Below are positions 21,758 to 32,210 of a stretch of 64,000 nt of DNA, one piece after another. The notes below the pieces were generated by a model. That model saw only the letters and a list, made by a program, of their open reading frames with translations. It did not search any database and was not told the DNA's origin. Both the position numbers and the translations under genes were made by a program. The number at the start of each line of letters is the position of its first letter. Within the stretch, counting starts at the first letter, position 1. Origin of the DNA: Gammaproteobacteria bacterium (GTDB lineage Bacteria; Pseudomonadota; Gammaproteobacteria; Eutrophobiales; Eutrophobiaceae); assembly GCA_965238225.1 (NCBI GenBank), contig OZ250183.1:96001-160000 (forward strand). Direction: 5' to 3'.

Positions 21758-23200
21758 ATGAGAAGAACAAAAATAATAGCAACACTGGGTCCAGCAACCG
21801 ATGATCCAGAAATATTAGAAGAACTTTTTAAAACAGGTGTAGATGTATTCCGCCTTAACTACTCACACCAAACCTGTGACCACCATGAAAAAAGGCTAAA
21901 TGAGATTCGCGCCTTATCAAAAAAATATGCGAGATCCGTTGGTGTCATGGCAGATTTGCAAGGTCCAAAGATTCGTATAGAACATTTTGATGGTGGCAAG
22001 ATCCAACTTGTTAAAGGCGCAGAATTTATCATTGATACCGATCTCGACAGCAAGGCAGGTAACGAAAAACACGTTGGTGTAAGTTACAAAGATTTGCCCA
22101 AGGATGTACGTGCTGGAGACACCTTGCTAATTGATGACGGACGTATTGTCATGCACGTCAAAGAAGTTGGAGAACACAAGATTAGTTGTGAAGTTATCAC
22201 TGGTGGTGAACTCTCAGATAACAAAGGCGTTAATCTTCAAGGCGGTGGACTTTCAGCCAGCGCCTTAGCTGAAAAAGACAAATATGATTTGGAACATGCT
22301 GTGAGTATTGGTGTTGATTTTGTGGCTATATCCTTTCCGCGTTTTGCAGCCGATATTGAGCAAGCACGCGAGCTACTCACACAATCAGGCAGTAGTGCAT
22401 ACATCATCGCTAAAATAGAACGAGCTGAAGCACTCGATGATATTGAGGCGATCATAGAGGCATCTGATGCCATCATGATTGCGCGTGGCGATCTCGGTGT
22501 AGAGATAGGTGATGCCAGACTGCCACATGTACAAAAAAGATTGACCAAGATGGCTAGAGGTATGGATCGAGCTGTCATTATCGCAACACAAATGATGGAG
22601 TCCATGATTGAACACCAGATGCCGACACGTGCCGAGGTATTTGATGTTGCGAATGCTGTCATCGATGGTGCGGATGCCGTAATGCTGTCTGCGGAAACCA
22701 GTGTTGGACACTTTCCTGTCAAGGCTGTTGCCTCCATGTCCAGCATATGTGAAGAAGCGGAGAAACAAAAAAGTGTGACTGTTTCAGATCATCGTCTCAA
22801 TAGGCACTTTGAAACAATTGGCGAAGCCGTTGCCATGTCTACTATGTATGCGGCAAATCATATTGGCGCAAAAGCCATCGCCGCACTCACAGAAACAGGC
22901 AGCACCTGTTTACGGATGTCACGTATAAAATCAGGCATACCTATTTTCGCATTCACACGTCATGAGTCTACCCGCAGAAAGGTCTCTTTGTATCGCGGTG
23001 TTTATCCTATGAAATTTGATATCACTCACGCCGATCCGCTGAAAGCTGATAAAGAAATTATTGACGCGCTGCTGATAAATCATATCGTAAAAAATAATGA
23101 TTACATCATTATCACTAAAGGGGATCTGATAGGGACTCGAGGCGGAACAAACAACATGAAGCTTATTCGCGTTGGTGAAGCTACAGAGCATACTGTCTAA
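21758..23200 (+). CDS. pyk: Pyruvate kinase
   Basis: RRTKIIATLGP, DLQGPKIR, MIARGDLGVE, ATQMMESM. Confidence 0.97.
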   Translation: MRRTKIIATLGPATDDPEILEELFKTGVDVFRLNYSHQTCDHHEKRLNEIRALSKKYARSVGVMADLQGPKIRIEHFDGGKIQLVKGAEFIIDTDLDSKAGNEKHVGVSYKDLPKDVRAGDTLLIDDGRIVMHVKEVGEHKISCEVITGGELSDNKGVNLQGGGLSASALAEKDKYDLEHAVSIGVDFVAISFPRFAADIEQARELLTQSGSSAYIIAKIERAEALDDIEAIIEASDAIMIARGDLGVEIGDARLPHVQKRLTKMARGMDRAVIIATQMMESMIEHQMPTRAEVFDVANAVIDGADAVMLSAETSVGHFPVKAVASMSSICEEAEKQKSVTVSDHRLNRHFETIGEAVAMSTMYAANHIGAKAIAALTETGSTCLRMSRIKSGIPIFAFTRHESTRRKVSLYRGVYPMKFDITHADPLKADKEIIDALLINHIVKNNDYIIITKGDLIGTRGGTNNMKLIRVGEATEHTV

Positions 23201-23234
23201 TCATAGACTAACTGGCGTAGAAAATATCTCAATA

Positions 23235-23268
23235 GCATTAAACATCGCATTAAACATCGCATTAAACA
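23235..23268. repeat. 12-bp tandem repeat GCATTAAACATC x2.8 upstream of the Sel1 gene
   Basis: Copies at 23235, 23247 and 23259 (partial). Confidence 0.85.
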
Positions 23269-23310
23269 AAAAAATTTGAGCAAGATATTATAAAGCAGGA
23301 AGACAATAAA

Positions 23311-25566
23311 ATGATAAAGCCCAGGAAAAAACTCATCTTCATCTACATTGTTTTATTGTCAGCATTTATCCCCTTGGCAAATGCTGGCGAATGTACAGGA
23401 GGCGTGCCTCAAGAATAAACAAGCACATGGATGAAAAAGCGCCAACAAGGAATGCAGAAGCACAATTCAACCTAGGGGTGATGTATGAAGCTGGTAACGG
23501 CGTGCCTCAAGATGATAAACAAGCAGTGCATTATTACGAACAAGCAGCCAAGCAAGGAGATGCTAAGGCACAATTCAATCTAGGGCTGATGTATGCCGAA
23601 GGACAAGGCGTGTCTCAGGATTATAAACAAGCAGTGCATTGGTCGGAAAAGCAGCCAAGCAAGGAATGCTAAAGCACAATACAACCTAGGGCTGATGTAT
23701 GAGACAGGAAAAGGCGTGTCTCAGGATTATAAACAAGCAGTGCATTGGTATGAAAAAGCAGGCAGGGATGCTAAAGCACAATTCAACCTAGTGATGTATA
23801 AGCTGGTAACGGCGTGCCTCAGATTATAAACAAGCATACATGGTATGAAAAAGCAGCCAAGCAAGGAAGCAGCACACAATCTAGGGCTGATGTATGCCGA
23901 ATGGATATGGCGTGTCTCAGGATAGCATTATTACGAACAAGCAGCCAAGCAGGGAGAAGCACAATACAATCTAGGGCTGATGTATGAGAAGGAAAGGCGT
24001 GCCTCAGGATTATAAACAAGCAGTGCATTGGTGGGAAAAAGCAGCCAAGCAGGGAATAGCAAAAGCACAATACAATCTAGGGCTGATGTATGCCAATGGA
24101 TAACGGCGTGCCTCAAGATTATAAACAAGCAGTGCATTGGTGGGGAAAAAGCAGCCAAGCAGGGATTTGCTCAAGCACAATTCAATCTAGGGCTGATGTA
24201 TGACAGAAGGAAAGGCGTGCCTCAGGATGATAAACAAGCAGTGCATTGGTATGAAAAAGCAGCCAAACAGGGAATAGCTCAAGCACAATCCAACCTAGGG
24301 GTGATGTATGAAGCTGGTAACGGCGTGCCTCAAGATGATAAACAAGCAGTGCATTGGTCGGAAAAAGCAGCCAAGCAGGGAATAGCTAAAGCACAATCCA
24401 ACCTAGGGGTGATGTATGAAGCTGGTAACGGCGTGCCTCAGGATTATAAACAAGCAGTGCATTGGTGCGAAAAAGCAGCCAAGCAAGGACATGCAGAAGC
24501 ACAATTCAACCTAGGGGTGATGTATGAAGCTGGAACGGCGTGTCTCAAGATTATAAACAAGCTTTTGCATGGTATGAAAAAGCAGCCAAGCAGGGAGATG
24601 CTAAAGCACAATTCAACCTAGGGGTGATGTATACAAAGGGAAAGGCGTGCCTCAAGATGATAAACAAGCAGTGCATTGGTATGAAAAAGCAGCCAAGCAG
24701 GGATATGCTAAAGCACAATTCAACCTAGGGCTGATGTATAAAAATGGATACGGCGTGCCTCAAGATTATAAACAAGCAGTGCATTGGTCGGAAAAAGCAG
24801 CCAAGCAAGGAGATGCTAAAGCACAATACAATCTAGGGCTGATGTATGCCGAAGGAAAAGGCGTGTCTCAGGATTATAAACAAGCAGTGCATTGGTACGA
24901 AAAAGCAGCCAAGCAAGGGTTTGCTCAAGCACAATACAATCTAGGGCTGATGTATGAAGCTGGTAACGGCGTGCCTCAAGATTATAAACAAGCAGTGCAT
25001 TGGTACGGAAAAAGCAGCCAAGCAGGGAATGCTCAAGCACAATACAACCTAGGGCTGATGTATGAGAAAGGAGACGGCGTGCCTCAGGATGATAAACAAG
25101 CAGTGCATTGGTATGAAAAAGCAGCCAAGCAAGGAGATGCTGAAGCACAATCCAACCTAGGGGTGATGTATTACAAAGGGAAAGGCGTGCCTCAAGATGA
25201 TAAACAAGCAGTGCATTGGTCGGAAAAAGCAGCCAAGCAAGGAATAGCTAAAGCACAATCCAACCTAGGGGTGATGTATAAGACAGGAAAAGGCGTGCCT
25301 CAAGATGATAAACAAGCAGTGCATTGGTATGAAAAAGCAGCCAAGCAGGGAATAGCAGAAGCACAATCCAATCTAGGGGTGATGTATAGGAAGGAAAAGG
25401 CGTGCCTCAGGATATTGTCATGGCACATATGTTTTTTAATCTTGCAGGGGCAAATGGCCTAGAACAAGCAAAAGCGGAAAGAGACAATGTTGCCAAAGCT
25501 ATGAGCACCTCTCAAATAGAACAGGCAACAGACAAGGCAATACAGTGGGTGCAGGAGCACCAATAA
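23311..25566 (+). pseudogene. Secreted Sel1-repeat (SLR) protein, multiply frameshifted as assembled
   Basis: ATG 23311 gives signal peptide MIKPRKKLIFIYIVLLSAFIPLANA. Repeats AQxNLGxMYxxGxGVPQDxKQAVHWxEKAAKQG run across several frames. SLR cap AHMFFNLAGANG...MSTSQIEQA ends at TAA 25564-25566. Confidence 0.85.
23400..25415 (+). repeat. Array of about 19 near-identical 108-bp coding repeats
   Basis: 19 occurrences of the CAA(C/T)CTAG (NLG) anchor between about 23468 and 25378, with ~108-bp period. Confidence 0.92.
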
Positions 25567-25636
25567 GCAAAGACTGGAAAAAAAGAAAGGCAATGGATTG
25601 TGCAATTAAATTATTTTTTAGCATAGAGGTTAAATT

Positions 25637-26641
25637 ATGAGTATAGAAGAACTGGAGCAAACAGCTAAGGCGATGGTTGCCACAGGCAAGGGTATTCTTG
25701 CAATTGACGAGAGTTTCCCAACCATCAAAAAACGTTTAGACAGCATTAACACTGAATCTACAGAGGCTTCGCGTAGAGCCTATCGTGATCTTTTAATCAC
25801 CAATTCAGGCAGCAATAAATATATCAGCGGCATGATCTTGTTTGATGAGACTATAAGACAATCCACTACAGACGGGACACCTTTTGCAGAAGCCTTGAAT
25901 AAACAGGGCATTATGACAGGAATAAAGGTTGATACAGGTGCCAAAGACCTTGCTGGTCATCCTAGTGAAAAAATCACCGAAGGCCTAGACGGTTTGCGTG
26001 AGCGTTTGGCTGAATATAAAAAACTGGGTGCTAAATTCGCTAAATGGCGTGCCGTTATTACTATTGGTGAAGGCATCCCCAGCTTGAGTTGTATTGAAAC
26101 CAATGTGCATGCCCTAGCACGCTATGCTGCTCTTTGTCAGGAAGCAGGCATTGTGCCTATGGTCGAACCAGAGGTGTTAATGGACGGAGACCATAGTATT
26201 GAGCTTTGTTATGAAGTCACGGAAGCAACACTGCAAGCATTATTTAATGAGCTGTATAAACAAATCATCTCTCTGGAACACACTATCTTGAAGGTCAACA
26301 TGGTAGTTTCAGGTAAAAACTGTACCACTCAGGCTGATGTCGATGAGGTTGCTGAACTGACTGTCAACTGTTTGTTGAATACAGTACCTGCGGCCTTGTC
26401 TGGTATCGTTTTTCTTTCTGGTGGTCAATCGGCTGAAAAGGCAACAGAGCACCTAAATGCAATGAACGCAGCTTATGATTTATTGCCTTGGCCGCTGAGT
26501 TTTTCATATGGACGCGCACTACAGGCACCCTGTTTGGCGGCTTGGCAAGGTAAAGAAGAAAATGTTGCAAAAGCGCAGGAGATTTTACTACACAGAGAAA
26601 AATGTAACAGCGAAGCATCAGTAGGTAGATATGATGCTTAA
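25637..26641 (+). CDS. fba: Fructose-bisphosphate aldolase, class I
   Basis: GKGILAIDES, AKWRAV, VPMVEPEV, FLSGGQS, FSYGRALQ. Confidence 0.95.
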   Translation: MSIEELEQTAKAMVATGKGILAIDESFPTIKKRLDSINTESTEASRRAYRDLLITNSGSNKYISGMILFDETIRQSTTDGTPFAEALNKQGIMTGIKVDTGAKDLAGHPSEKITEGLDGLRERLAEYKKLGAKFAKWRAVITIGEGIPSLSCIETNVHALARYAALCQEAGIVPMVEPEVLMDGDHSIELCYEVTEATLQALFNELYKQIISLEHTILKVNMVVSGKNCTTQADVDEVAELTVNCLLNTVPAALSGIVFLSGGQSAEKATEHLNAMNAAYDLLPWPLSFSYGRALQAPCLAAWQGKEENVAKAQEILLHREKCNSEASVGRYDA

Positions 26642-26804
26642 GAATGGTGCGCCATGATCAATAAAATATCTGGTATAAACAATAAGGATGAACTTCCTTG
26701 CCATCGCATAGACGGCATGGGAGGCTTACATGCGTATGCGCAAGACAAAGAATACTATCAAACATACCGCCTAAACATACCCATTAAAATATAGGAGAGA
26801 AATT

Positions 26805-27086
26805 ATGACTAAAGCACAAGCCAGACATATCCTCGTCGAGCACGAAGAAAAATGTAACGATCTAAAACAGCAGATAGAAAATGGCGCAGACTTTGCTGAT
26901 ATCGCCAAAGAAAACTCTAGCTGCCCTTCAGGAAAAACCGGTGGAGACCTAGGTGAATTTAGCCCTGGTCAGATGGTTAAGGAATTTGACGATGTTGTAT
27001 TCAGTGCTGAGATAGGCGTTGTTCATGGACCCGTTAAAACTCAGTTTGGATATCATCTTCTGGAAATCACCAACCGTACTGATTGA
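26805..27086 (+). CDS. ppiC: Parvulin-type peptidyl-prolyl isomerase
   Basis: ARHILV, SSCPSG, GGDLG, KTQFGYHL; 93 aa. Confidence 0.92.
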   Translation: MTKAQARHILVEHEEKCNDLKQQIENGADFADIAKENSSCPSGKTGGDLGEFSPGQMVKEFDDVVFSAEIGVVHGPVKTQFGYHLLEITNRTD

Positions 27087-27351
27087 TGACGCAATAAGAA
27101 TGGATATAACAAAGACAAAGTGATGCAGTAACCAGTGGGGTTAGCATTCTCCAGTGCTAGGCAAATATTCACCTACGCCTTTACTTACAGCTTGTTAATT
27201 AATTTTTGGCGTTGAGTAGCATCTTGCAGTAAGTCTTTGACCTCTTTTGCCTTATCAACAACCTGCGTCTGTTCCTTCCAGACAGGATCACTTTTGCATA
27301 ATTTATTTATCTCTCCTGCTTATCTCTTTGCCATGACAATTAAGTAATTTA

Positions 27352-27990
27352 TTATAAGCGCATAGACGAAAAAGAGCCGTCTTCTTGTTGCAGTTTTGAT
27401 AAAACACCCTTTTCAATTTCAAAATACCAGCCATGAACTTCAAGTTCCCCAGCATCTACACGTGACTTAACCCATGGAAATGACAATAAATTTTTTACCG
27501 ACACCCCTATACCAGCCTGCTCACACATCTGACATTGTTCTGCAAATGATTTCTCGGGATGATTTTCAAGAATCTTATTGCGCAAGGGCATCACGGTGCT
27601 CATCCACGGGTAAACAAAACTATCATCTCCCAAACCCATACCACCTTCCATCAAGATTTTAATACCGCCACACTGCCCATGACCAAAGACGATGATATGT
27701 TTAACTTTGAGATGTTTAACGCCGTATTCGATTGCGGCACTGGTGCTGTGGGATTTGCCATCATCTTCAAAGGGGGGGACTATATTAGCCACATTACGTG
27801 CCACAAAGATGTCTCCCGGACTGGTATTAAAGACTTGAGCAGGGTGTACGCGGGAATCACAGCAGGCAATTACCAGTGTTTTTGGTGTTTGACCTCTGTG
27901 AGCCAGTTCCTCGTACAACTCCGGTTCTGCAATGTAATACCGCTGCTTAAAATTCTTAAAACCTTCAATCAGTTTATCTAGGGGATCCAC
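27352..27990 (-). CDS. Beta-class carbonic anhydrase
   Basis: ACCDSRV, RNVAN, GHGQCGG. Confidence 0.93.
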   Translation of the reverse strand: MDPLDKLIEGFKNFKQRYYIAEPELYEELAHRGQTPKTLVIACCDSRVHPAQVFNTSPGDIFVARNVANIVPPFEDDGKSHSTSAAIEYGVKHLKVKHIIVFGHGQCGGIKILMEGGMGLGDDSFVYPWMSTVMPLRNKILENHPEKSFAEQCQMCEQAGIGVSVKNLLSFPWVKSRVDAGELEVHGWYFEIEKGVLSKLQQEDGSFSSMRL

Positions 27991-28006
27991 TCATTAACTC
28001 CTCGCG

Positions 28007-28888
28007 CTAACTCATTAGTAAATACATAGCTTCTTGATATTTATCGCCCGTTCGCTGAATGACTTCTTTTGGCAAACTTGGACCTGGGTCAGTTTTATCC
28101 CAGTCCAACGTTTCCAGATAATTCCTGACATATTGCTTGTCAAAACTTGGCGGGCTTACGCCCACTTGATAAGAGCCAACAGGCCAAAACCGTGATGAAT
28201 CCGGTGTCAATATCTCATCAATCAAAACCAACATGCCACTATCATCAATACCAAATTCAAATTTGGTATCAGCAATAATAATCCCCCGTTCTAGGGCATA
28301 GGCTGCTGCCTCCTGATATAGCTTGATACTGACATCTCGCACCTGCCGAGCCAGATCCTGACCCAATAGATTCGCCATTTTTGCAAAACTGATATTCTCA
28401 TCATGACCACCAACATCAGCTTTGGTCGAGGGAGTAAAAATAGCCTGCGGAAGTTTCTGTGCCTGTTGCAGTTTTTCAGGTAGAGATATTCCGCATAGCG
28501 TGCCGCTTCTTTGGTAGTCATTCCATCCAGATCCTATCAGATAACCACGAACTATGGCTTCGATTGGCAAAGGCTTCAACTTGCGCACAACAATACCGCG
28601 ACCTTCGATCATTTTACGTTCTTTTGGGTCTGGCAATACATCATCCAGCGTTTTTTCAGTCAGGTGATTAGTAATAATGTGTTGCATCTTATCGAACCAG
28701 AAATTTGATATGCTAGTCAGGATTATGCCTTTACTAGGAATCGCATCAGGTAAAATCACATCAAAAGCAGACAATCGATCTGTTGTCACAATCAACATAT
28801 GCTCTTCGTCAACAGCGTAGATATCACGTACCTTGCCTTGATTCAGAAAGGGCAAACTTTTGATGTCAGTTTGATGTAAAGCAATCAT
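28007..28888 (-). CDS. purC: SAICAR synthase
   Basis: GKVRDIY, DRLSAFD, DTKFEFG, DEILTPDSSRFW. Confidence 0.96.
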   Translation of the reverse strand: MIALHQTDIKSLPFLNQGKVRDIYAVDEEHMLIVTTDRLSAFDVILPDAIPSKGIILTSISNFWFDKMQHIITNHLTEKTLDDVLPDPKERKMIEGRGIVVRKLKPLPIEAIVRGYLIGSGWNDYQRSGTLCGISLPEKLQQAQKLPQAIFTPSTKADVGGHDENISFAKMANLLGQDLARQVRDVSIKLYQEAAAYALERGIIIADTKFEFGIDDSGMLVLIDEILTPDSSRFWPVGSYQVGVSPPSFDKQYVRNYLETLDWDKTDPGPSLPKEVIQRTGDKYQEAMYLLMS

Positions 28889-28954
28889 AAAACTATTTAT
28901 CCGTTAAATTTTTTTATACTATAATTAAAAAAACAGATAGGGTTTTATCTTTGT

Positions 28955-30658
28955 CTAAAGTTTCTTGACCCAAGAATCTCTCAAAGAGATCGTCCTGTTG
29001 AATACAAGTTTATCTGCGCTAGAATCTTTTATATCTACATTAAAATACCCCAAGCGCTCAAATTGAAATTTGTCGCCTGCCTTTGCCAGAGCAAGGCTTG
29101 GCTCTAATTTGGCATTACTAATAATTTCTATAGAATCTGGATTCAGGAATTCTTTCCAGTCTTTTTCATGTTGATTACTGTCTGGTTTAGGATCATTAAA
29201 TAAACGATCGTAGATGCGCACTTCTGCATCAAGTGCGTGTTCTTCTGAAACCCAATGAATCGTACCTTTGACCTTGCGACCATCCGCGGCATGACCACCT
29301 TTGGTTTCTGGATCATAAGTACAATGTAATTCAATAATTTCATCATTCTCATCTTTAATAAAATTATTACAGGTGATGAAATATGCATAACGCAAACGTA
29401 CTTCCACACCTAGACTAAGACGGAAAAATTTCTTTGCTGGCTCTTCCATAAAATCATCGCGCTCTATATAGATGACTCTTGAGAATGGAATCTTGCGACT
29501 GCCCATATCCGAATCATTAGGATGATACGGCGCATCTAGCTCTTCAATTTGATTTTCAGGCTGACCTTCGATCTCGGGGTAATTTTCAATCACCACGCGC
29601 AAGGGATTAAGCACAGCCATGACTCTTGGCGTTGTCTTATCAAGATCTGCGCGCACACAATTTTCCAATACCGACATATCTAAAATGGTGTCATTCTTGG
29701 TCACGCCTATACGATCACAAAAATCTCTAATGGCCGTCGCTGTATAACCTCGTCTACGCATTCCGGCAATGGTTAACATGCGAGGATCATCCCAACCTTC
29801 AACATAACCATTTGCCACCAATTCATTTAATTTACGTTTGCTGGTCACGTTATAGTTAAGATTAAGACGTGAAAATTCTATCTGTTGTGGATGACAAGGA
29901 ACGTCTAATTGTTCTAAAAACCAATCGTATAGAGGACGATGATCTTCAAACTCCAAGGTACATAGCGAATGTGTAATACCTTCTATGGCATCAGAAATAC
30001 CATGAGTAAAATCGTACATAGGGTAAATACACCACTTATCTCCTATACGATAATGGTGAAACCGCTTGATCCTATAGATGGTCGGATCACGCAGATTTAT
30101 ATTCGGTGAAGCCATATCAATCTTTGCGCGTAATATGTACTTGCCATCTTCAAATTCACCAGCACGCATGCTCTCAAACAATTCAAGATTTTCTTCAACA
30201 GCACGACTACGATCTGGGCTATCTTTGCCAGGACTTGTCAGTGTGCCTCGATATTCACGGACGGCATCAGGACTCAAACTCTCGACATACGCCTTGCCAG
30301 CATTAATCAGAAATACAGCATAATCATAAAGCTGCTGATAATAGTCAGAGGCAAAAAACAATCTGTCCTGCCAATCAAAACCTAACCAATGAATGTCTTC
30401 TTTGATGGCTTCTACATATTCGAGTGATTCTTTTTCAGGATTAGAATCATCAAAACGTAAATTACACATGCCGCCATTGTGCTCATCGGCAATATCAAAA
30501 TTCAGGCAAATAGATTTAACATGACCAATATGCAAATAACCATTTGGTTCAGGGGGGAAACGTGTGTGCACACGACCGCCATTTTTGTTTTCTTTCAAAT
30601 CATTCGCGATCATATTGCGAATGAAATTTGTGGGTAATATTTTTTCTACACCAGTCAT
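28955..30658 (-). CDS. glnS: Glutamine--tRNA ligase
   Basis: [30 protein letters not shown]. Confidence 0.96.
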   Translation of the reverse strand: MTGVEKILPTNFIRNMIANDLKENKNGGRVHTRFPPEPNGYLHIGHVKSICLNFDIADEHNGGMCNLRFDDSNPEKESLEYVEAIKEDIHWLGFDWQDRLFFASDYYQQLYDYAVFLINAGKAYVESLSPDAVREYRGTLTSPGKDSPDRSRAVEENLELFESMRAGEFEDGKYILRAKIDMASPNINLRDPTIYRIKRFHHYRIGDKWCIYPMYDFTHGISDAIEGITHSLCTLEFEDHRPLYDWFLEQLDVPCHPQQIEFSRLNLNYNVTSKRKLNELVANGYVEGWDDPRMLTIAGMRRRGYTATAIRDFCDRIGVTKNDTILDMSVLENCVRADLDKTTPRVMAVLNPLRVVIENYPEIEGQPENQIEELDAPYHPNDSDMGSRKIPFSRVIYIERDDFMEEPAKKFFRLSLGVEVRLRYAYFITCNNFIKDENDEIIELHCTYDPETKGGHAADGRKVKGTIHWVSEEHALDAEVRIYDRLFNDPKPDSNQHEKDWKEFLNPDSIEIISNAKLEPSLALAKAGDKFQFERLGYFNVDIKDSSADKLVFNRTISLRDSWVKKL

Positions 30659-31011
30659 ACATCATTCCCTAACGTTATTCTTTAATTTGCAGCTGTGCCA
30701 CTGAAAATTTAGTTTTTTGGGCTGCCTGTTCAAGCAGATAGACCAAGTTCAACGCGTGCCCACTGTAAAGTTTGAGGGCAAACGGGGGTAAATTTTTTGG
30801 TTTTATCATTCATACATAAATTTTATCATTAAATTTCGCTCAAATTTTTATACAGTTGATTTTTATCATTACCGTATGTGTAATATTACCGTTTGGATTA
30901 AATATGTGATATTCCTAATTTTATATAATTAACCATAATATTTGCGTGCAATATCGGGTAAATCTCCGACTAAACCCATGGCGCGTTTCATCACTGCATG
31001 TTTGATGGGCT

Positions 31012-32196
31012 TTATCGAATCAAACATATCCATCCAAACATATCCATCCCTACATTACGCAGCCATGCGGCTTGCGCAGTTTTGTTCTCAAACAAATACC
31101 TAAAACCTTCTACAGTCATCATCATCATGCTATTTTCGCTCTTGCGCCAACGCTCGTATTTCCGTAGAACAGAATAAGCGCCGATATCGCGACCTTTCTC
31201 TTTGGCCTGCAAGATAACTTCGGCCAAACAAGCCGCATCCAGTAATCCTAAGTTCGCACCTTGTCCGGCAAGCGGATGTATTCGATGTGCTGCATCCCCT
31301 ACCAAGGCAAAACGCGGACGACAATATTCATCTACCTGTGCACGTGCCAAGGAAAATGTTGCGCGCAGATCAGTCTTAATAACAGCGCCTGCCTGATAAT
31401 CAAATGCCTCGGACAAGTTCTTGTTAAATATTTCCTCACCCATGGCTTTTAATTGCGCCGCATGTTCTGGTGTTGTTGACCAGACAATCCCGCATTGATT
31501 AATTGCATGCATAGGTAAGAAAGCCAGAGGGCCAGAATGTAAAAATTTTTGCCGAGCAACTTCTCTGTGCGGATATTCTGTTTCAACCACGCAAGCCAAA
31601 GCGTGCTGATGATAGTCATGAATTTTAAAATTAATCCCTGTTAATGTTCGCATCACAGATGATTGACCATCGGCCGCAACCAATAATTTCCCTGACAATT
31701 GGCGACCATCATCCAAACCAAGATAGATTCTGTCCTTTTCATTGCATAATAATTTTGCTTTGGCAGGACGATACCATTTGCTGTGCTGTGCTGTGTTCAA
31801 CACCAACTCGAGCGCACGTTCAACAACCTTCTGCTCAACAATATAACCCATAATGGATTCTGATATGTTAACACCATTAAAATTAACTTCGCCCGAACCG
31901 TTGCCGTCCCAGACATGCATCTTGCGAAATAATCCAAGACGATCTTCTGGAATTTCATCCCAAGCGCCGATGGATTGCAGAATATTTTTCGATGCATGTG
32001 TTAGTGCCAAAACTCTGGGGTCAATAGCTTCATTGATATTTTTCTGGCTGCTGACATCTATGTCTTTAGTAGCAGAGGAAGCTTCAACCAAGGCGCAACT
32101 TACCCCGCTGTCCTTAAGGATAGCTGCAAAACTTGCGCCTACGACACCTGCGCCTACAATTATAATATCTACTTGAATGCACCCTGCAGAATTCAA
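31012..32196 (-). CDS. ubiI: UbiI/VisC FAD-dependent hydroxylase; C-terminus frameshifted (native stop would be 30929-30931)
   Basis: GAGVVG, AADG, GDAAHRIHPLAGQGANLG; follows pepP-ubiH. Native tail ...KRAMGLVGDLPDIARKYYG lies in another frame. Confidence 0.85.
   Translation of the reverse strand: MNSAGCIQVDIIIVGAGVVGASFAAILKDSGVSCALVEASSATKDIDVSSQKNINEAIDPRVLALTHASKNILQSIGAWDEIPEDRLGLFRKMHVWDGNGSGEVNFNGVNISESIMGYIVEQKVVERALELVLNTAQHSKWYRPAKAKLLCNEKDRIYLGLDDGRQLSGKLLVAADGQSSVMRTLTGINFKIHDYHQHALACVVETEYPHREVARQKFLHSGPLAFLPMHAINQCGIVWSTTPEHAAQLKAMGEEIFNKNLSEAFDYQAGAVIKTDLRATFSLARAQVDEYCRPRFALVGDAAHRIHPLAGQGANLGLLDAACLAEVILQAKEKGRDIGAYSVLRKYERWRKSENSMMMMTVEGFRYLFENKTAQAAWLRNVGMDMFGWICLIR
31021..31048. 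repeat. 14-bp tandem duplication CAAACATATCCATC x2 inside ubiI
   Basis: Exact copies at 31021-31034 and 31035-31048. Confidence 0.95.
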
Positions 32197-32210
32197 TGTA
32201 CTCTAGCCCC

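Noticed and set aside
23400-25415. Regularly spaced repeats as a CRISPR array
   Set aside because: Units are 108-bp coding Sel1 repeats with no unique spacers, and no cas genes are present.
23311-25566. Diversity-generating retroelement acting on the Sel1 gene
   Set aside because: No reverse transcriptase or template repeat in the window, and variation is not adenine-specific.
17363-27990. Calvin-cycle autotrophy inferred from tkt-gap-pgk-pyk-fba plus carbonic anhydrase
   Set aside because: No RuBisCO or phosphoribulokinase in the window, and these genes also occur in heterotrophs.
30675-30809. 44-aa minus-strand ORF upstream of glnS, possibly a gene relic
   Set aside because: No RBS and no convincing motif.
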